A DNA stretch of 64,000 nucleotides, taken from NCBI RefSeq assembly GCF_009914755.1, contig NC_060948.1, one strand, 5' to 3'. Positions 51,581-64,000 of the stretch are shown piece after piece (positions within the stretch are counted from its first letter, which is position 1; every line of letters begins with the position of its first letter). This DNA is from the human T2T-CHM13v2.0 reference genome, Homo sapiens. The translations under genes were made by a program, and so were the position numbers. The notes under the pieces were generated by a model. The model did not search any database. It was not told where the DNA came from and saw only the letters and a program-made list of their open reading frames with translations.

Positions 51581-51816
51581 TAAAATGGCTTTAGTCTTAA
51601 GTTAGTACAAATTATACAAGTATAGAGTACATTATAATAACTTGACTTCACAACTCTTTCTGCCTTGTTTTTATTAAAAGATGTTAATAAAATGTTGCTG
51701 AACTAAAAAGTGTTTGATATACATTTTCAGAGACCTACGTATACTTGCATTTTATTTACTTCTTGACTTGACTGTGAAACTGAAGTTTCAGAGCTTTATT
51801 AGTCAATATGACATTT

Positions 51817-52696
51817 GTACTATATTTGTACATTTTCATGCACTTATAAAGACATACGCTAGACTGGGCAATTTATAAAAGGAAGAGCAGTTTATGGACT
51901 TAGAGATTTATGTATCTGCCAAGGCAAAGAGGAGCAAGTCACATCTTATATGATGGCAGCAAGCAAAGAGAGAGCTTGTTCAGGGAAACACTGATGTTTA
52001 AAGCCATCAGATCTGATGAGACTTATTCACTGTCACAAGATCAGAACAAAAAAACACCTGCCCCCACAATATGGTTACTCCCTATCTCATCCCCCTCCAC
52101 CACATGTAAAAATGTAAGATAAAATTTCGATGGGGACATAGTCAAATCATATCATTCCAACCCTGGCCCCTCCAAAATCTCAAATCCTCACATTTCAAAA
52201 CCAGTCATGCTTTTCCAATAGTACTGCAATGTCTTAACTCATTCAAGCATGAACTCAATAGTCCAAAGTCTGAGATTTTATCTGAGACAAGGCAAGTTTT
52301 TTTCTGCCTATGAACCTGCAAAAATTAAAGCAAGTTAGTTACATCCTAGATACAATGAGGGTACTGGCATTGGGAAAATACAGGCATTCCAAATATGAGA
52401 AACTGACCAGAATAAAGGGATTACAGGCCCTAAGTACATCTGAAATCTGATGAGGCACTAAAAATTTAAGGCTCCAGGATGATCTTCTTTAACCTAATGT
52501 CTCATATCCAGGTCATGCTGATGCAAGAGGTGGGTTTCTATGGTCTTGAGCAGATCCCCCCATGAGGCTTTATGGGGTACAGCCTTCCTCCCAACTGCTT
52601 TCACCATCTGGCATTGAGTATCTATGGGCTTTTCTGGGCACACCATCAAGCTGTCAATGGACTAACCATTCTGAAGTCTGGAGGATGAAAACCCTC
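51817..52696 (-). mobile_element. THE1/MST MaLR 3' LTR (51817-52154) and truncated internal sequence
   Basis: ATAAAGACATACGCTAGACTGGGCAATTTATAAAAG...AAATCATATCA|TTCCAACCCTGGCCCCTCC. Confidence 0.85.
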
Positions 52697-52902
52697 ATTT
52701 CCCATCCCCACGATCATCATCTATGTCACTACCTGTGTTTTCAATGGTAGAAATGCTGTTGCCGATGACAGGGATCAGGTATAGCTGCTGGATCACAGAA
52801 TGTGTTTGATAAGTAGCTCCAGCGTCTTTGAGTCCCACAAATACTTTTGTTGGGTGGGGTCCAACAGGGGCAGATAGTCCCACTCAGTAAATGTTTCACA
52901 AG
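52697..52902 (-). pseudogene. USP9YP: USP9Y-like pseudo-exon (Cys-box exon), second, inverted copy, 3'-truncated
   Basis: ctcag|[67 protein letters not shown]. Confidence 0.92.
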
Positions 52903-54504
52903 CTGAGATAAGAAGAAAAAAAAAACGCTTTCTTTGAAAGAGTTATAGAAGATGGCGTAGTATTAAATTTTCATGTGTTAAACACAGACTTAACTTTGAT
53001 CATTATGAGTTTGCTCATTAAAAACTTTTGCACTTAAAATGATTGTATTCAATTCATTGCCATTAGAACTTTACATTAAAAAAATGAGAGTTTTCCCAGT
53101 TTTAATTGAGCACTTCCTTTAAGTTATTGTTCTGACTCATAAAGCTATAACTTTCATGTAAATATCTGCTTCTTTCCTCAGCAAATAATGATAATCACTT
53201 TGCCTGAACTCAGAATTTTGTTGTGAGATGAAGTCAACGAGATGGTGTGTTTAAAATTATGGTGGAAGTGTAAATTCTTCTTTATTTAGTGTAAAACTGA
53301 ATACCACTTACACGTCAATCCATCTCAGTGGTGGACTGCATAAATTAGAGCACACTGAATTGCAAGTTATGCAGCTACAAACAAAATTAAATGGATCTTC
53401 ATATACTGACAGACGTGTGACGAAGTACAAAACGAAGTTAACAATATAGTCTATTGTATATATTCATTTGTGTAAAAAATAAATAAATAGCTATATATAT
53501 GGATTACTGCAGGCACAGAGATAATCTCTGGAACAGGAATATAAAATTGGTGGTCAGTTAATAATTGTTAGTATATATCATCCTATATAGTGAAAATATA
53601 TATAAACTATGTAAAACAGTTAGCTAAAGCATTTAACAACAGCAGTGTTTGTTTAAAAAAAACTCATTTGCAAATATATATTTACCATGTCAATACAATC
53701 ATTAAATAAATTAACAAAAAAAGTGTTTTTTAAAAGCAAGTTTTTCCCTCTACATAGATCTCACAATGCAAATGAAGATTTGATCTTTTAAGCAGTGAGT
53801 TAGCTGGAAACTCCTACAATGTGTTAAAAAAATACTTACATGGAAATATATATATATATATATAAAATTTCGTATTTACTAATTACAGGCCTATACTGAA
53901 TATGTTTGTTAATTACATACTTAACACTTAGCTTAATCTTGAAATACACTAAGTTTTATGTTACTGTATGTTAATTTGCTTACATTACCTTCCACTTTGA
54001 GTTTCAGTTCTGTGTAAGTTTAAACATTGCTACCTTTTTGTGGAACTTATTTGGATATTTAGAAGTAATAAAGTGCACTCAAATGTTTCCTTCTAATATC
54101 ATGATTTTCAAAACCATTCCTCTTTTAGAATTTAATTAAAATAACAAGCAACTTCAGTGCATACATTTTAAATATAACATTTTATAGCATTAAGTTTGGC
54201 CCCTCGTTAATGTAACATTTCCATATTTTTTCACATATGATAAAAACAACTCATGTGTTAAGTTACCAAAACCAGCTACAGGAAACCATTAAAGAAAGGC
54301 ATCTTCTTCAAAAAAATTGTATTCTCTCACTAAAGTTCTTCTACTTACATACCTGATGACTACAAAATGTTGGGCTAGTTGACCAAAAACAAACAAACAA
54401 AAAAAAGTGAGTTACTTCTTTTTCTAAATGAAAAAAATAGTATTTCAAACCAAAGTAAATGAATATTAATGAATAAAATCAGATTTATAATTTAAACCAC
54501 TCAC

Positions 54505-54726
54505 TAGTTATTGCCTTGTCTGTGTCATATATTGCAGTCAAAGAGCCTACTCTCATTTTTAGATTTTTTTACGCAGTCAATAGCTGGCGCAACAAGTAGC
54601 TCAAACTAGGATTCATGGTAGTGGGTGACCTACCTCTTGGAAATGCCTGTTCTGCTGGCAGTTCTTACTTCTTATACATTGCAGGTGAACTATTGATGCA
54701 GGGAAGAGGAAAACATAAATTAATTT
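54505..54726 (-). pseudogene. USP9YP: USP9Y-like pseudo-exon (ELIDDFIFPASK exon), second, inverted copy
   Basis: Minus strand gives LFPASIVHLQCIRS/ELPAEQAFP...SPTTMNP/FELLVAPAIDCVK...KAIT|gtgagt. Confidence 0.88.
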
Positions 54727-55165
54727 TAGGAAGAGAAAGTAATCATAATATTATTTGTAGAAAACCTAAATTAAGAAAAACCTGTTTTCTCAAAGAAAAT
54801 ACCTTTAAGTTTATTTGATATAATTAAACATCTCATTGTATCTTCAAACAATTTTGAATTTTCTTACCAAAAAAGATCCTTAAAAAACAAACATTTATGT
54901 CAAGAAATGTAGTTTCCAAAGTAATATTTTTAAAGAAATTTCTAAAACCCCAGAGTTTTACACAAAAGAAAAATGATATTCTAAATAAACTTTCTCTTTT
55001 AATTACATATAAATGGATACACATTCATTTCCAATGAAAAGAGAATGCATTAAAATTATATTATTTTTCTTGACTTATGAGACATATGAAGAAACTCATA
55101 AACGTATGATATAGAAAATAAAGTTTTGCAACATGGATAAGTTTCTCAATTAGAAATTCATTCAA

Positions 55166-55440
55166 CTGCCAGACATCCTGACTCACACCTATAATCCCAG
55201 GACTTTCAGATGATGAGGCAGGCAGATTACTTGACATCAGGAGTTTGGGACTAGCCTGGCCAACATGGTTAAACCCCATCACCTGTGTTGGTGCACACGT
55301 GTAATCTCAGCTAATCAAATGGCTGAGGCAGATTAATCCCTTGAAGCTCGGAAGCAGGGGTTGCAGCATGTCAAGATTGCACCACTGCACTCCAGCTGAA
55401 GACACTGTGTAAGATTCTATCCTCAAAATGAAAGAAAAGA
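55166..55440 (+). mobile_element. Old Alu, paralogous to 41455-41733
   Basis: Degenerate Alu with shared flanks. Confidence 0.85.
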
Positions 55441-55589
55441 AATTCAATCAACTGAGAATTGAAATATACTACTTATTTACTTTTTGGTGCAGTTTGTCAA
55501 AACTCTGATTTATAGTTATTTTATAAAATCTCTTAAATAAGATGTGGCACATATTCCAAAGTTACTATAACTGCTACAAAAATGAAAGC

Positions 55590-56065
55590 CTTTTAATTTT
55601 AATTTAATTTAATTTAAATTTATATTAAGTTTCATGATATGTATGCAGGACATGCAGATTTATTTCACAGGTAAACGTGTGCCATGGTTGTTCACTGAAC
55701 CCATTACCCCATCACCTAGGTATTTATCTCTGCATAAATTAGCTATTTGTCCTGAAGGTGTTGTTTTCCCACTTTCTTTATCCAGTCTGTCACTCATAGG
55801 CATTTGGGTTAATTCCATGACTTTGAATTTGTGAATAGTGCTGTAATACACATACACAGGCATGCGTCCTTGTAATAGAATGACTAATTTTGCAGGTGCT
55901 ATACACCCAGTAATGAAATTGCTGAATCCAGTGGGATTGGGATTCTGAAAGACTAAAAGTGTGAATCACCACACACTTTTCCACATTGTCTGTACTGATT
56001 TACATTCCAAAGAACAATGTAAAAACATTCCTATGACTGCACTAGCTCACTACCATCAGTTTTTT
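55590..56065 (-). mobile_element. Older L1PA/PB 3' fragment with internal deletion
   Basis: ATGTATGCAGGACATGCAG...ACAGGTAAACGTGTGCCATGG and TATACACCCAGTAATG motifs. Confidence 0.8.
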
Positions 56066-56564
56066 CATGGGTATTAACTTATACGATAAAGATAGCCATC
56101 AATTTTGTTTCCACAAGACACAAACATATTTGGGCATTTCTTCCATGGGGAAAAAAAAAAGGCATTTACAATTGCACTTAATGGAAGAGGCCCAAAATGC
56201 TGCTCATCATCCTGCAATGCACAGCAAAAGCTCCTCACATAAAGAAATTTTATGAGTACAAAATGTCAAAATCAGAAATTCTGTTTCATCAGAAAGCTTT
56301 ATAACACAGTGGAAGAGTGCTAACCTGAAGCCCAATGCCATGGGTTACAGAAGTATATTCTCAGAGACTAGATGTCTGTGCAAGTAAGAGGGATAGGATG
56401 TTTCAGTGGAAATACCAGTCTTTCAACTTTAATTTCCAAAAGATTTTGAAATATAATGATTTTCAAATAAGGTTTAAACATTCCAAATTGTAGGAGACTG
56501 AATTTTAAGTAGTTCAAGATCCAACAGAAGAAAGGCATTTAAACGCAACTAGCTATGCTCCTTT

Positions 56565-57862
56565 TGTCATGAGATTTTGGGAGAGTCACCTTGCCAGTTG
56601 AAAACCTCTGCGGCCAGTGGTGCCTTTGCCTGCGTTTTCTCAGGCCTGCTAAGCTAGCTTTACCCACTCTGCCTGACAGGCTGCACTCAGCTTGCATTAT
56701 GGGCCAGGATTTAACACCTGCCAAGGGCAAACGTGAGGTAGAGTGGCAATGGTGTTTGAGCAAGTGTGGGGTCCAGCCGCTATAGACAGCCAGGCCTACC
56801 AGCTGTTGCAAAGCAAGAAATTTTAGGTACCAACAGAAGTACCATCTCACTGAGATGCAGCAGCTGGACCAGGCATACTGCAAGCAGCTTCCACAGCTGA
56901 TACTGGGGAATGTAGTGGTGCCCAGAAGTTTCAGGATGCCAGAAACAGCAAAGCCCTAAAGAGGGTGTCACAGCCCTGGTTTTGAGATAGCCTAGCTGTC
57001 CTCTTACTTTTGTCTTTCACAACGTGATGAGCAAGAGACATTTTTTTCCCTGTTTGTGTTACAGTTCTTTCAGCACCACCATTCAGTGATTCTCAAATAA
57101 TAGTTCTTTATCCAGGAAGAATGAGGTAGATGGACACGTGGAGAGTGAGACATTTATAGACAAGATTTACTGAGGGACAGAACTCAAAAGAGATCCTGAT
57201 TGGGTAGGTCTTCTCCACAGGCTGGATGTTCTGATGAGTGTCCAGCTCTCAGTGGAGAGACGGCTTTAGAGTGGGCAGCTTATCTTTACAGGCAAGTTGT
57301 CAAGGCTTAGTGTCCAGCTCTCAGCAGGAAAGAAACCCTGGACTTGGTAGCTTCTCCATCCAGCTGGTCATATTGTGAGATGTTAAGCTCTCCACAGAGT
57401 GAAGACCCTGGAGTGGGTAGGTCTACTTCACACCTGGTGGTTCCAAGATTGGCTAAGCCTTCAGCAAAAAGAAGACCCTCGACTGGGTAGCTCCTCACTC
57501 TAGCTGGTCATCCCATTATCTCCCCAGCTTTCAGCAGATACTGTGGTGGGTAGCTCCAGCCCACTGCTGATAGTCCTGACATCTCCTAAGCTTGCAGGAG
57601 AGAGATGGCCCTTGGGTAGGTAGCTCCTCTCCACAGCTGGTAGTTTGAATAGTCCTCAAATGTGGCTGAGTCCAGGAATATTATTTGCTTCAAAGGAAAG
57701 AAAGTGCTTGCTGATTGGATTATTTGGCAACCATGCGTGCGTTTTAGAAAAAAGCAAAAGTGGTTCCCATTCTTGTCCATCAGCCTAGAACCTAGACTTC
57801 AGGCTGTAACTGGCTTGAAGGTGGAGCCTCAGTGGGGACCAGCAAATTTATCGCCAAGAGCC
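56565..57862 (-). mobile_element. MER52-like LTR with internal degenerate repeats
   Basis: Inverted homologue of 39715-40288 including the same unique flank; repeated GGGTAGCTCCTCTC units. Confidence 0.78.
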
Positions 57863-60800
57863 TGTGATGGCTAACACTGAGTATCAATTTAACTGGATTG
57901 AGAGATACAGAGTATTAGTTTGGCATGTGTCTGTGTAAGTGTTGCCTAAAAGAGATTAACACTAGGGGCAGTGGGCTGGAGAAGGTAGTTCCACCCTTAA
58001 TCTGGTGGGCACAATTGCCCTGTAATTGCTCTTCTCTGGAAACCACAGTCATGCAACGACAAAATTTAAATATGTTGAGAATAGTTGGATCCCGATGTGA
58101 CAGGGGTCAAGTGGCACCACTCAAACATCAAAGGTGTGGGTACAGCGAAGGGATAGTGGCAGTCAAATATTATGACTCCTGTAGAGCCTTGCCATTGGTT
58201 AATTAGTCACGGTGTTCGTGCAAGTGAAATTGATGGAAAGCTTACTGCATTCATACTTATGTTATACATACAGAAATCGTTGCGTCAAAAGGACAAATCA
58301 CTATTCGGAATGATGAAAACAGAGAAGTACGGCCCCTCCATCAATTACCAGGCTAGAGACAGTTTAAAGACCGAGAATCCATCGAATGAAGAGGAGGCTG
58401 GGTTCCCTTGACCAAGAAACCCACAACACAACTGACTATTTATGCAGTGAATCTTTACACAATCTTTCCCCAAGAAGACCTCCAGGCTTTACCAAAGTAA
58501 TTGTGTACTAGGGAAAGGGAAATAGTCAGACTTTGGAGAAACTACTGGCCACTAGCTCTGTGCTGATGTGGGTTCCAGGGGACCCAAAATGTTACTGTGG
58601 TCCTGCAGTTAAAGTAGGAGCTCAGGGAGGTCAGGTAATTAATAGTGCTTTAGCTTATTAGGTCAGATTTACAGAGTGCCCAGTGAGTCCCTGGAGTCAT
58701 CCTGTGGTCATTTTCCCAGTGCTAAATTGCATAACTGGCATAGATATACTTAGCAGCTGGCAGAATCCCACATTTCCATGACCTCCAAGGTGAGGGCTAC
58801 AACAATAGAAAAGGTTAAATGGAAGCCACAAGAGCTGCCCCTACCTAGAAAAATAGTAAATAAGAAATGATATCAAAACCCTGAGAAGATTGTGAAGATG
58901 GGTGCCACCATCAAAAATTTCAAAGATGCTGGATTGGTAATTACCAGCACATTCTAATTCAACTCTCCCATTTGGCCTGTGCAAAAGACAGGTGGACCTT
59001 GGATAATCACATTGGAGTATTGCAACTTAATACAGTTGTGAATCAACATGCAGCTGATATTCTAGATATGGTTTATTTTTTGAGCAAATTAATACATCTC
59101 CTGTCACATGGTATACAGCCATTCACTTGGCCAGTGCCCTTTTCTTTATTCCTTTCCATAAGGACCACCAGAGGCAATTTGCCCTCAGCTGGCAAGGCCA
59201 GCAATACACATTTATTAACCTTGTTCAGGTGTATATTAACTTTCTGGCTTCCTGTCATAATCTTACTCAGAGAGACCTTGATTGCTCTTCACTTCTGTAA
59301 AGTATCACAATGATTTCATCCATCTCATTGATGAAATTAGGCTGATTTGATGAGTGAGCAAGAAGTAGCAAGCACATTTGAATTATTGGTGAGACATTTA
59401 TGTACCAGAAGATGTGAAATAAATGTGACTAAAATTCAGAGACCTTCTACCTCCGTAATGTTCCTAGAGGTCCAGTCTTGGGAAGCCTGTCAAAATATCC
59501 TTTCCAGGGAGAAGAACAAGTTGTTGTGTGAGGCCCCTCTTATAACCAAGAAAGAGGCACAATACTTACTAGGCCTAGTTGGATTTTTGAAGCAGTACCT
59601 TTTTTATTTGAATATGTCCCACTGGCCCACTTATTAGTGACCCAAAGGGCTGCCAGCTTTCAGGGGCATCCAAAACAGGAAAAGACTCTGCAACTACTTC
59701 AGGCTGTGTTGCAAACCCCTCTACTCTTTGGGCCATATGAACCAGGAGATTCAATGATGCTTGAAGTTTCAGTGGCAGATAGGAATGTTGTTTGGAGCTA
59801 AATAACTGTGGCAGCAGTGTCCTGCTCATTAAATCTACTTGTCTTACCATGTTTCCCATTATCCTGAAGGAGCTGGATAAATAGAATGGTTAAGTGGCTT
59901 TTTGAAGTTACAATTACAATGCCAACGATGTGACAATACTTTGCAGTGCTCCCACAGGTGAATCAGACCATACATCTCTAGGATTTTGAAGCAAGGCCCT
60001 GCCATTTTCTGCAGATAACTAGTATTCTTTGGAGAGACAGCTCTTGGCCCATTGCTGGGCTTTGGTGAAACATTTCAATGTTGGTCATCAAGTCACCATG
60101 TGAACTACACTGCCTATCATGAACTTGGTGCTTTCTGACCCATCGAGTCTTAAAGTGGGTTGTGCACAGCAGGATTTCATCATGAAATGGATGTGGTATA
60201 CATGTGGCCAGGCTTAAGCAGGTCCTAAGGCACAACTAAGTTACCTGAGAAAGTGGTTCAAATGCTCACGATCTCCACTGCAGCCACCCCATCTTCACTC
60301 CTTCAGCCTATGTCGATACCCAAATGGCCAGATTTCTGACTATATACTGATTCATGGTCCATAGCTAATGGTTTGTCTGGGTGTCAGGCACTTGGTAGAT
60401 GCATGATTAGAATATTGGTGAGAAAGATATTTGAGGAAGACGTATGTGGACGGACCTTTGTGAGTGGTCAAAAGCTGTCAAAATATTTGTATTCCATGTG
60501 AGTTCTAACCAACGAGCAGCCTTAGTAGATAAAGAGTTTAATAATCAAGTGGATAAAAACACTGGTTCCAGGGACACCACTCTGCCTCTTTCCCCAGCCA
60601 CCCCTGTCATTGCCCGATGAGTCCATGAACAAAGCGGCCATGGTGGCAGAAATTGAGGTTACACATGTGCTCAGCAACATGGACTTCCACTCACAAAGCC
60701 TGACCTGGCTATGGCCACTGCTGAGTGCCCAATTTGCCAGTACCAGAGGCCAAAACTGAGCCCTCAGTATGGCCCAGTTTCTTGGGGTGATCAGCCAGCT

Positions 60801-62640
60801 ACCTGGTGACAGATTAATTATACTGGAACTCTTTCATCAAGGAAATGGCAGAGGTTTGTCCTCACTGGAATAGCCACTTACTGTGGATATGGGTTTCCCC
60901 ATTCTTCATGCAATGCTTCTGATAAGACTACCATTCATGAACTCACAAAATGCCATATTCACCATTATGGTGTTCCACACAACATTTCCTCTGACCAGTG
61001 CACTAACTTTACAGCTAAAGAAATGTGGCAGTGGGCTCCTGCTCATTAAAACGCTGGTCTTACCATGTTTCTCATTATCTTGAAGCAACTAAATTAATAG
61101 GATTGTGAAGTGGCCTTTTGAAGTTACAATTGCAATGCCAACTATGTGACAATACTTTGTAGGGCTGTGGCAAAGTTCTCCAGAAGACCATATGTTCTCT
61201 GAATCAGCATCCAATATATGGTATTGTTACTTCTGTAGCCAAAATTCGCTGGTCCAGGAATCAAGCGATGGAAGTAGAAATTTCACCACTCACTATCACT
61301 CCTGTGCTTCACTAGCAACATTTTTGTTTCCTGTTTCTTATGATATTATGTTCTGCTGGCCTAGAGGTCTTAGCTCCCCAAGGAAAAGCGCTGCCACCAG
61401 ATGAAACAAAACTGATTCCATTAAACTGGAAGTCAAGATTGCCACCTGGACACTTGGGCCTCCTCCTACCTTTACGTCAGCATTGTAAAAAGGCAGTTAC
61501 AGTGTTGACTGAGGTGATTGACCTGAACTATCAAGATGAAATCAGCCTACTCCTCCACAATGGAGGGAAGAAAGAGTGTGGCATAAAATACAGAAGATGC
61601 ATTAAGATGTGTTCCAGAATTACCATGACGTGCAACCAAGGTCAGTGGAAAACTACAACAGCCCAATTCTGACAGGGCTACAGTTGGATCAGACCCTTCA
61701 GGTATTAAGGTTTGGGTCACTCACCAGGGTAACAACAACAAAAGGAACAACAACAACAAAACAATAAAAACCGCAACCTGCTGAGGTGCTTGAGGAAGAT
61801 AAAAGGAAGGCAGAATGGGTGTTAGAAGAAGTTAGTCATCCATATCCGCTATAAACAAGTGACCAGCTGCAGAAATGAGGACGTTAATTGTTTTAAGTAT
61901 TTCGTCCTTCTTTTGTTAAAAAAAAAAAAGTTTGTGCATGTATACACATGTACTAAGAAAATTTTTTTTATTTTCCTTTATCATGCTACATAAGATTTAT
62001 TGAGTTCTTATCAACATTTGTGTATTGTAAACTTTATGAAATAGTGTTTGGATTGGAGATTGCTGCATTCCTGGTTGTAAGAGGATAATTGTATTATGTT
62101 AGGTGTAATTATTACCTCATTTCTGTCTGCATTTGAAGATTATGTATTATAGCAGGAGATGTGATTTGATTCGAGTTAACAAGGGGTGGACTTGTGATGC
62201 TTAATACTGAGTGTCTCATTCATTGGATCGAAGGATAGAGAGTATTAATCGTGGATGAGTTTCTTGGGTGGTTCACCCCCAAAAATTAACATTTGAGTCA
62301 ATGGGAAGATCTACATTAATCTGATGGGCACAGTCTCATGAGCTTCTAGCGAATATCAAGCAGACAGAAACATGTCAAAAAGCGAGATGGGACTAGCTTC
62401 GAAAGCATACATCTTTCTTCTATACTGGATACTTTTTCTCTCAGACAGTGGGCTCCAAGTTCTTCTAGGTTTGGGACTCAGACTTGCTCTCCTTGTTCCT
62501 CAGCTTGCAGGCAGCCTATTGTGATCATGTACGTAAGTACTTATAACCTCCCATAAATATTTATATATACATATACACAGGCACACACACACACTCACAC
62601 ATATACATGCATATATAAAAATATATAAAGGGATGGAAAA
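57863..62640 (+). mobile_element. HERV-L provirus (partial 5' MLT2 57863-58015, deleted gag, pol, dUTPase, 3' MLT2 from 62193)
   Basis: TGTGATGGCTAACACTGAG and TGTGATGCTTAATACTGAG LTR starts; polypurine tract AAGGGGTGGACT; ORF 61340..61672 LCSAGLEVL...IPLNWKSRLPPGHLGLL is the ERV-L dUTPase. Confidence 0.92.
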
Positions 62641-62674
62641 CTAAACAGTCTGTAAGTATTTTCAAAAAGTATTC

Positions 62675-64000
62675 TTTTTTTATTATACTTTCAGTTTTAG
62701 GGTACATGTGCACAACGTGCAGGCTAGTTATATATGTATACATGGGCCATGTTGGTGTGTTGCACCCATTAACTCATCATTTAACATTAGGTATATCTCC
62801 AAATGCTATCCCTCCCCACGCCCCCCACCCCAAAACAGGCTCTGGTGTGCGATGTTCCCCATCCTGTGTCCATGTGTTCTCATTGTTCAACTCCCAGCTA
62901 TGAGTGAGAACATGCGGTGTTTGGTTTTTTGTCCTTGAGATAGTTTGCTGAGAATGATGGTTTACAGCTTCATCCATGTCCCTACAAAGGATATGAACTC
63001 ATAATTTTTTATAGCTCCATAGTATTCCATGGCACATATGTGCCACATTTTCTTAATCAAGTCTATCATTGTTGGGCATTTGGCTTGGTTCCAAGTCTTT
63101 GTTATTGTGAATAGTGCCACAATAAACATACGTGTGCATGTGTCTTCATAGCAGCATGATTTATAATCCTTTGGGAATATGCCCAGCAATGGGATGGCTG
63201 GGTCAAATGGTATTTCTAGTTCTAGATCCTGGAGGAATCACCACACTGACTTCCACAATGGCTGAACTAGTTTACAGTCCCACCAACAGTGTAAAATTGT
63301 TCCTATTTCTCCACATCCTCTCCAGCACCTGCTGTTTCCTGACTTTTTCATGATCGCCATTCTAAATGGTGTGAGATGGTATCTCATTGTGGTTTTGATT
63401 TGCATTTGTCTGATGGCCAGTGATGATGAGCATTTTTTCATGTGTTTTTTGACTGCATAAATGTCTTCTTTTGAGAAGTGTCTGTTCATGTCCTTCGCCC
63501 ACTTTTTGATGGGGTTGTTTATTTTTTTTTTCTTGTAAATTTGTTGGTGTTCATTGTAGATTCTGGATATTAGCCCTTTGTCAGATGAGTAGGTTGTGAA
63601 AATGTTCTCCCATTCTGTAGGTTGCCTCTTCACTCTGATAGTAGTTTCTTTTGCTGTGCAGAAGCTCTTTAGTTTAAACAGATCCCATTTGTCAATTTTG
63701 GCTTTTGTTGGCATGCTTTTGGTGTTTTAGACATGAAGTCCTTGCCCATGCCTATGTCCTGAATGGTATTGCCTAGGTTTTCTTCTAGGGTTTTTATGGT
63801 TTTAAGTCTAACATTTAAGTCTTTAATCCATCTTGAATTAATTTTTGTATAAGGTGTAAGGAAGGGATCCAGTTTCAGCTTTCTACATATGGCTAGCCTG
63901 TTTTCCCAGCACCATTTATTAAATAGGGAATCCTTTCCCCATTGCTTGTTTTTCTCAGGTTTGTCAGATAGTTGTAGATATGTAAGATTATTTCTGAGGG
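62675..64000 (-). mobile_element. L1PA 3' region (runs off the window)
   Basis: ORF 63238..63714 is the ORF2 C-terminus; 3'UTR present. Confidence 0.96.

Noticed and set aside
57180-57660. Spaced repeats superficially like a CRISPR array
   Set aside because: Degenerate internal repeats of the MER52-like LTR in primate DNA, with no cas genes.

Overview
This is primate, most likely human, Y-chromosome ampliconic DNA, not prokaryotic, and I found no intact protein-coding gene. The window opens across the centre of a near-perfect palindrome: arms 1-3994 and 7940-11933 (both probably longer than can be paired here) around a 3945-bp spacer. That geometry fits my recollection of the AZFc mini-palindromes P1.1/P1.2, which needs confirming. 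The arm carries a truncated HERV-K(HML-6)/LTR3 provirus. Downstream are a full-length but dead L1PA with an AluYa5 insert and a CDY pseudogene that retains a CDY1 exon-2 homologue and has two Alu insertions. An older, diverged inverted duplication (about 34.5-44.8 kb versus 52.7-62.6 kb) repeats a HERV-L + MER52 + unprocessed USP9Y-pseudogene module. I see no convincing new biological system. The notable items are structural: junctions, arm differences, templated insertions and nested inverted repeats of two ages. Family assignments come from remembered consensus and protein sequences, not database searches.
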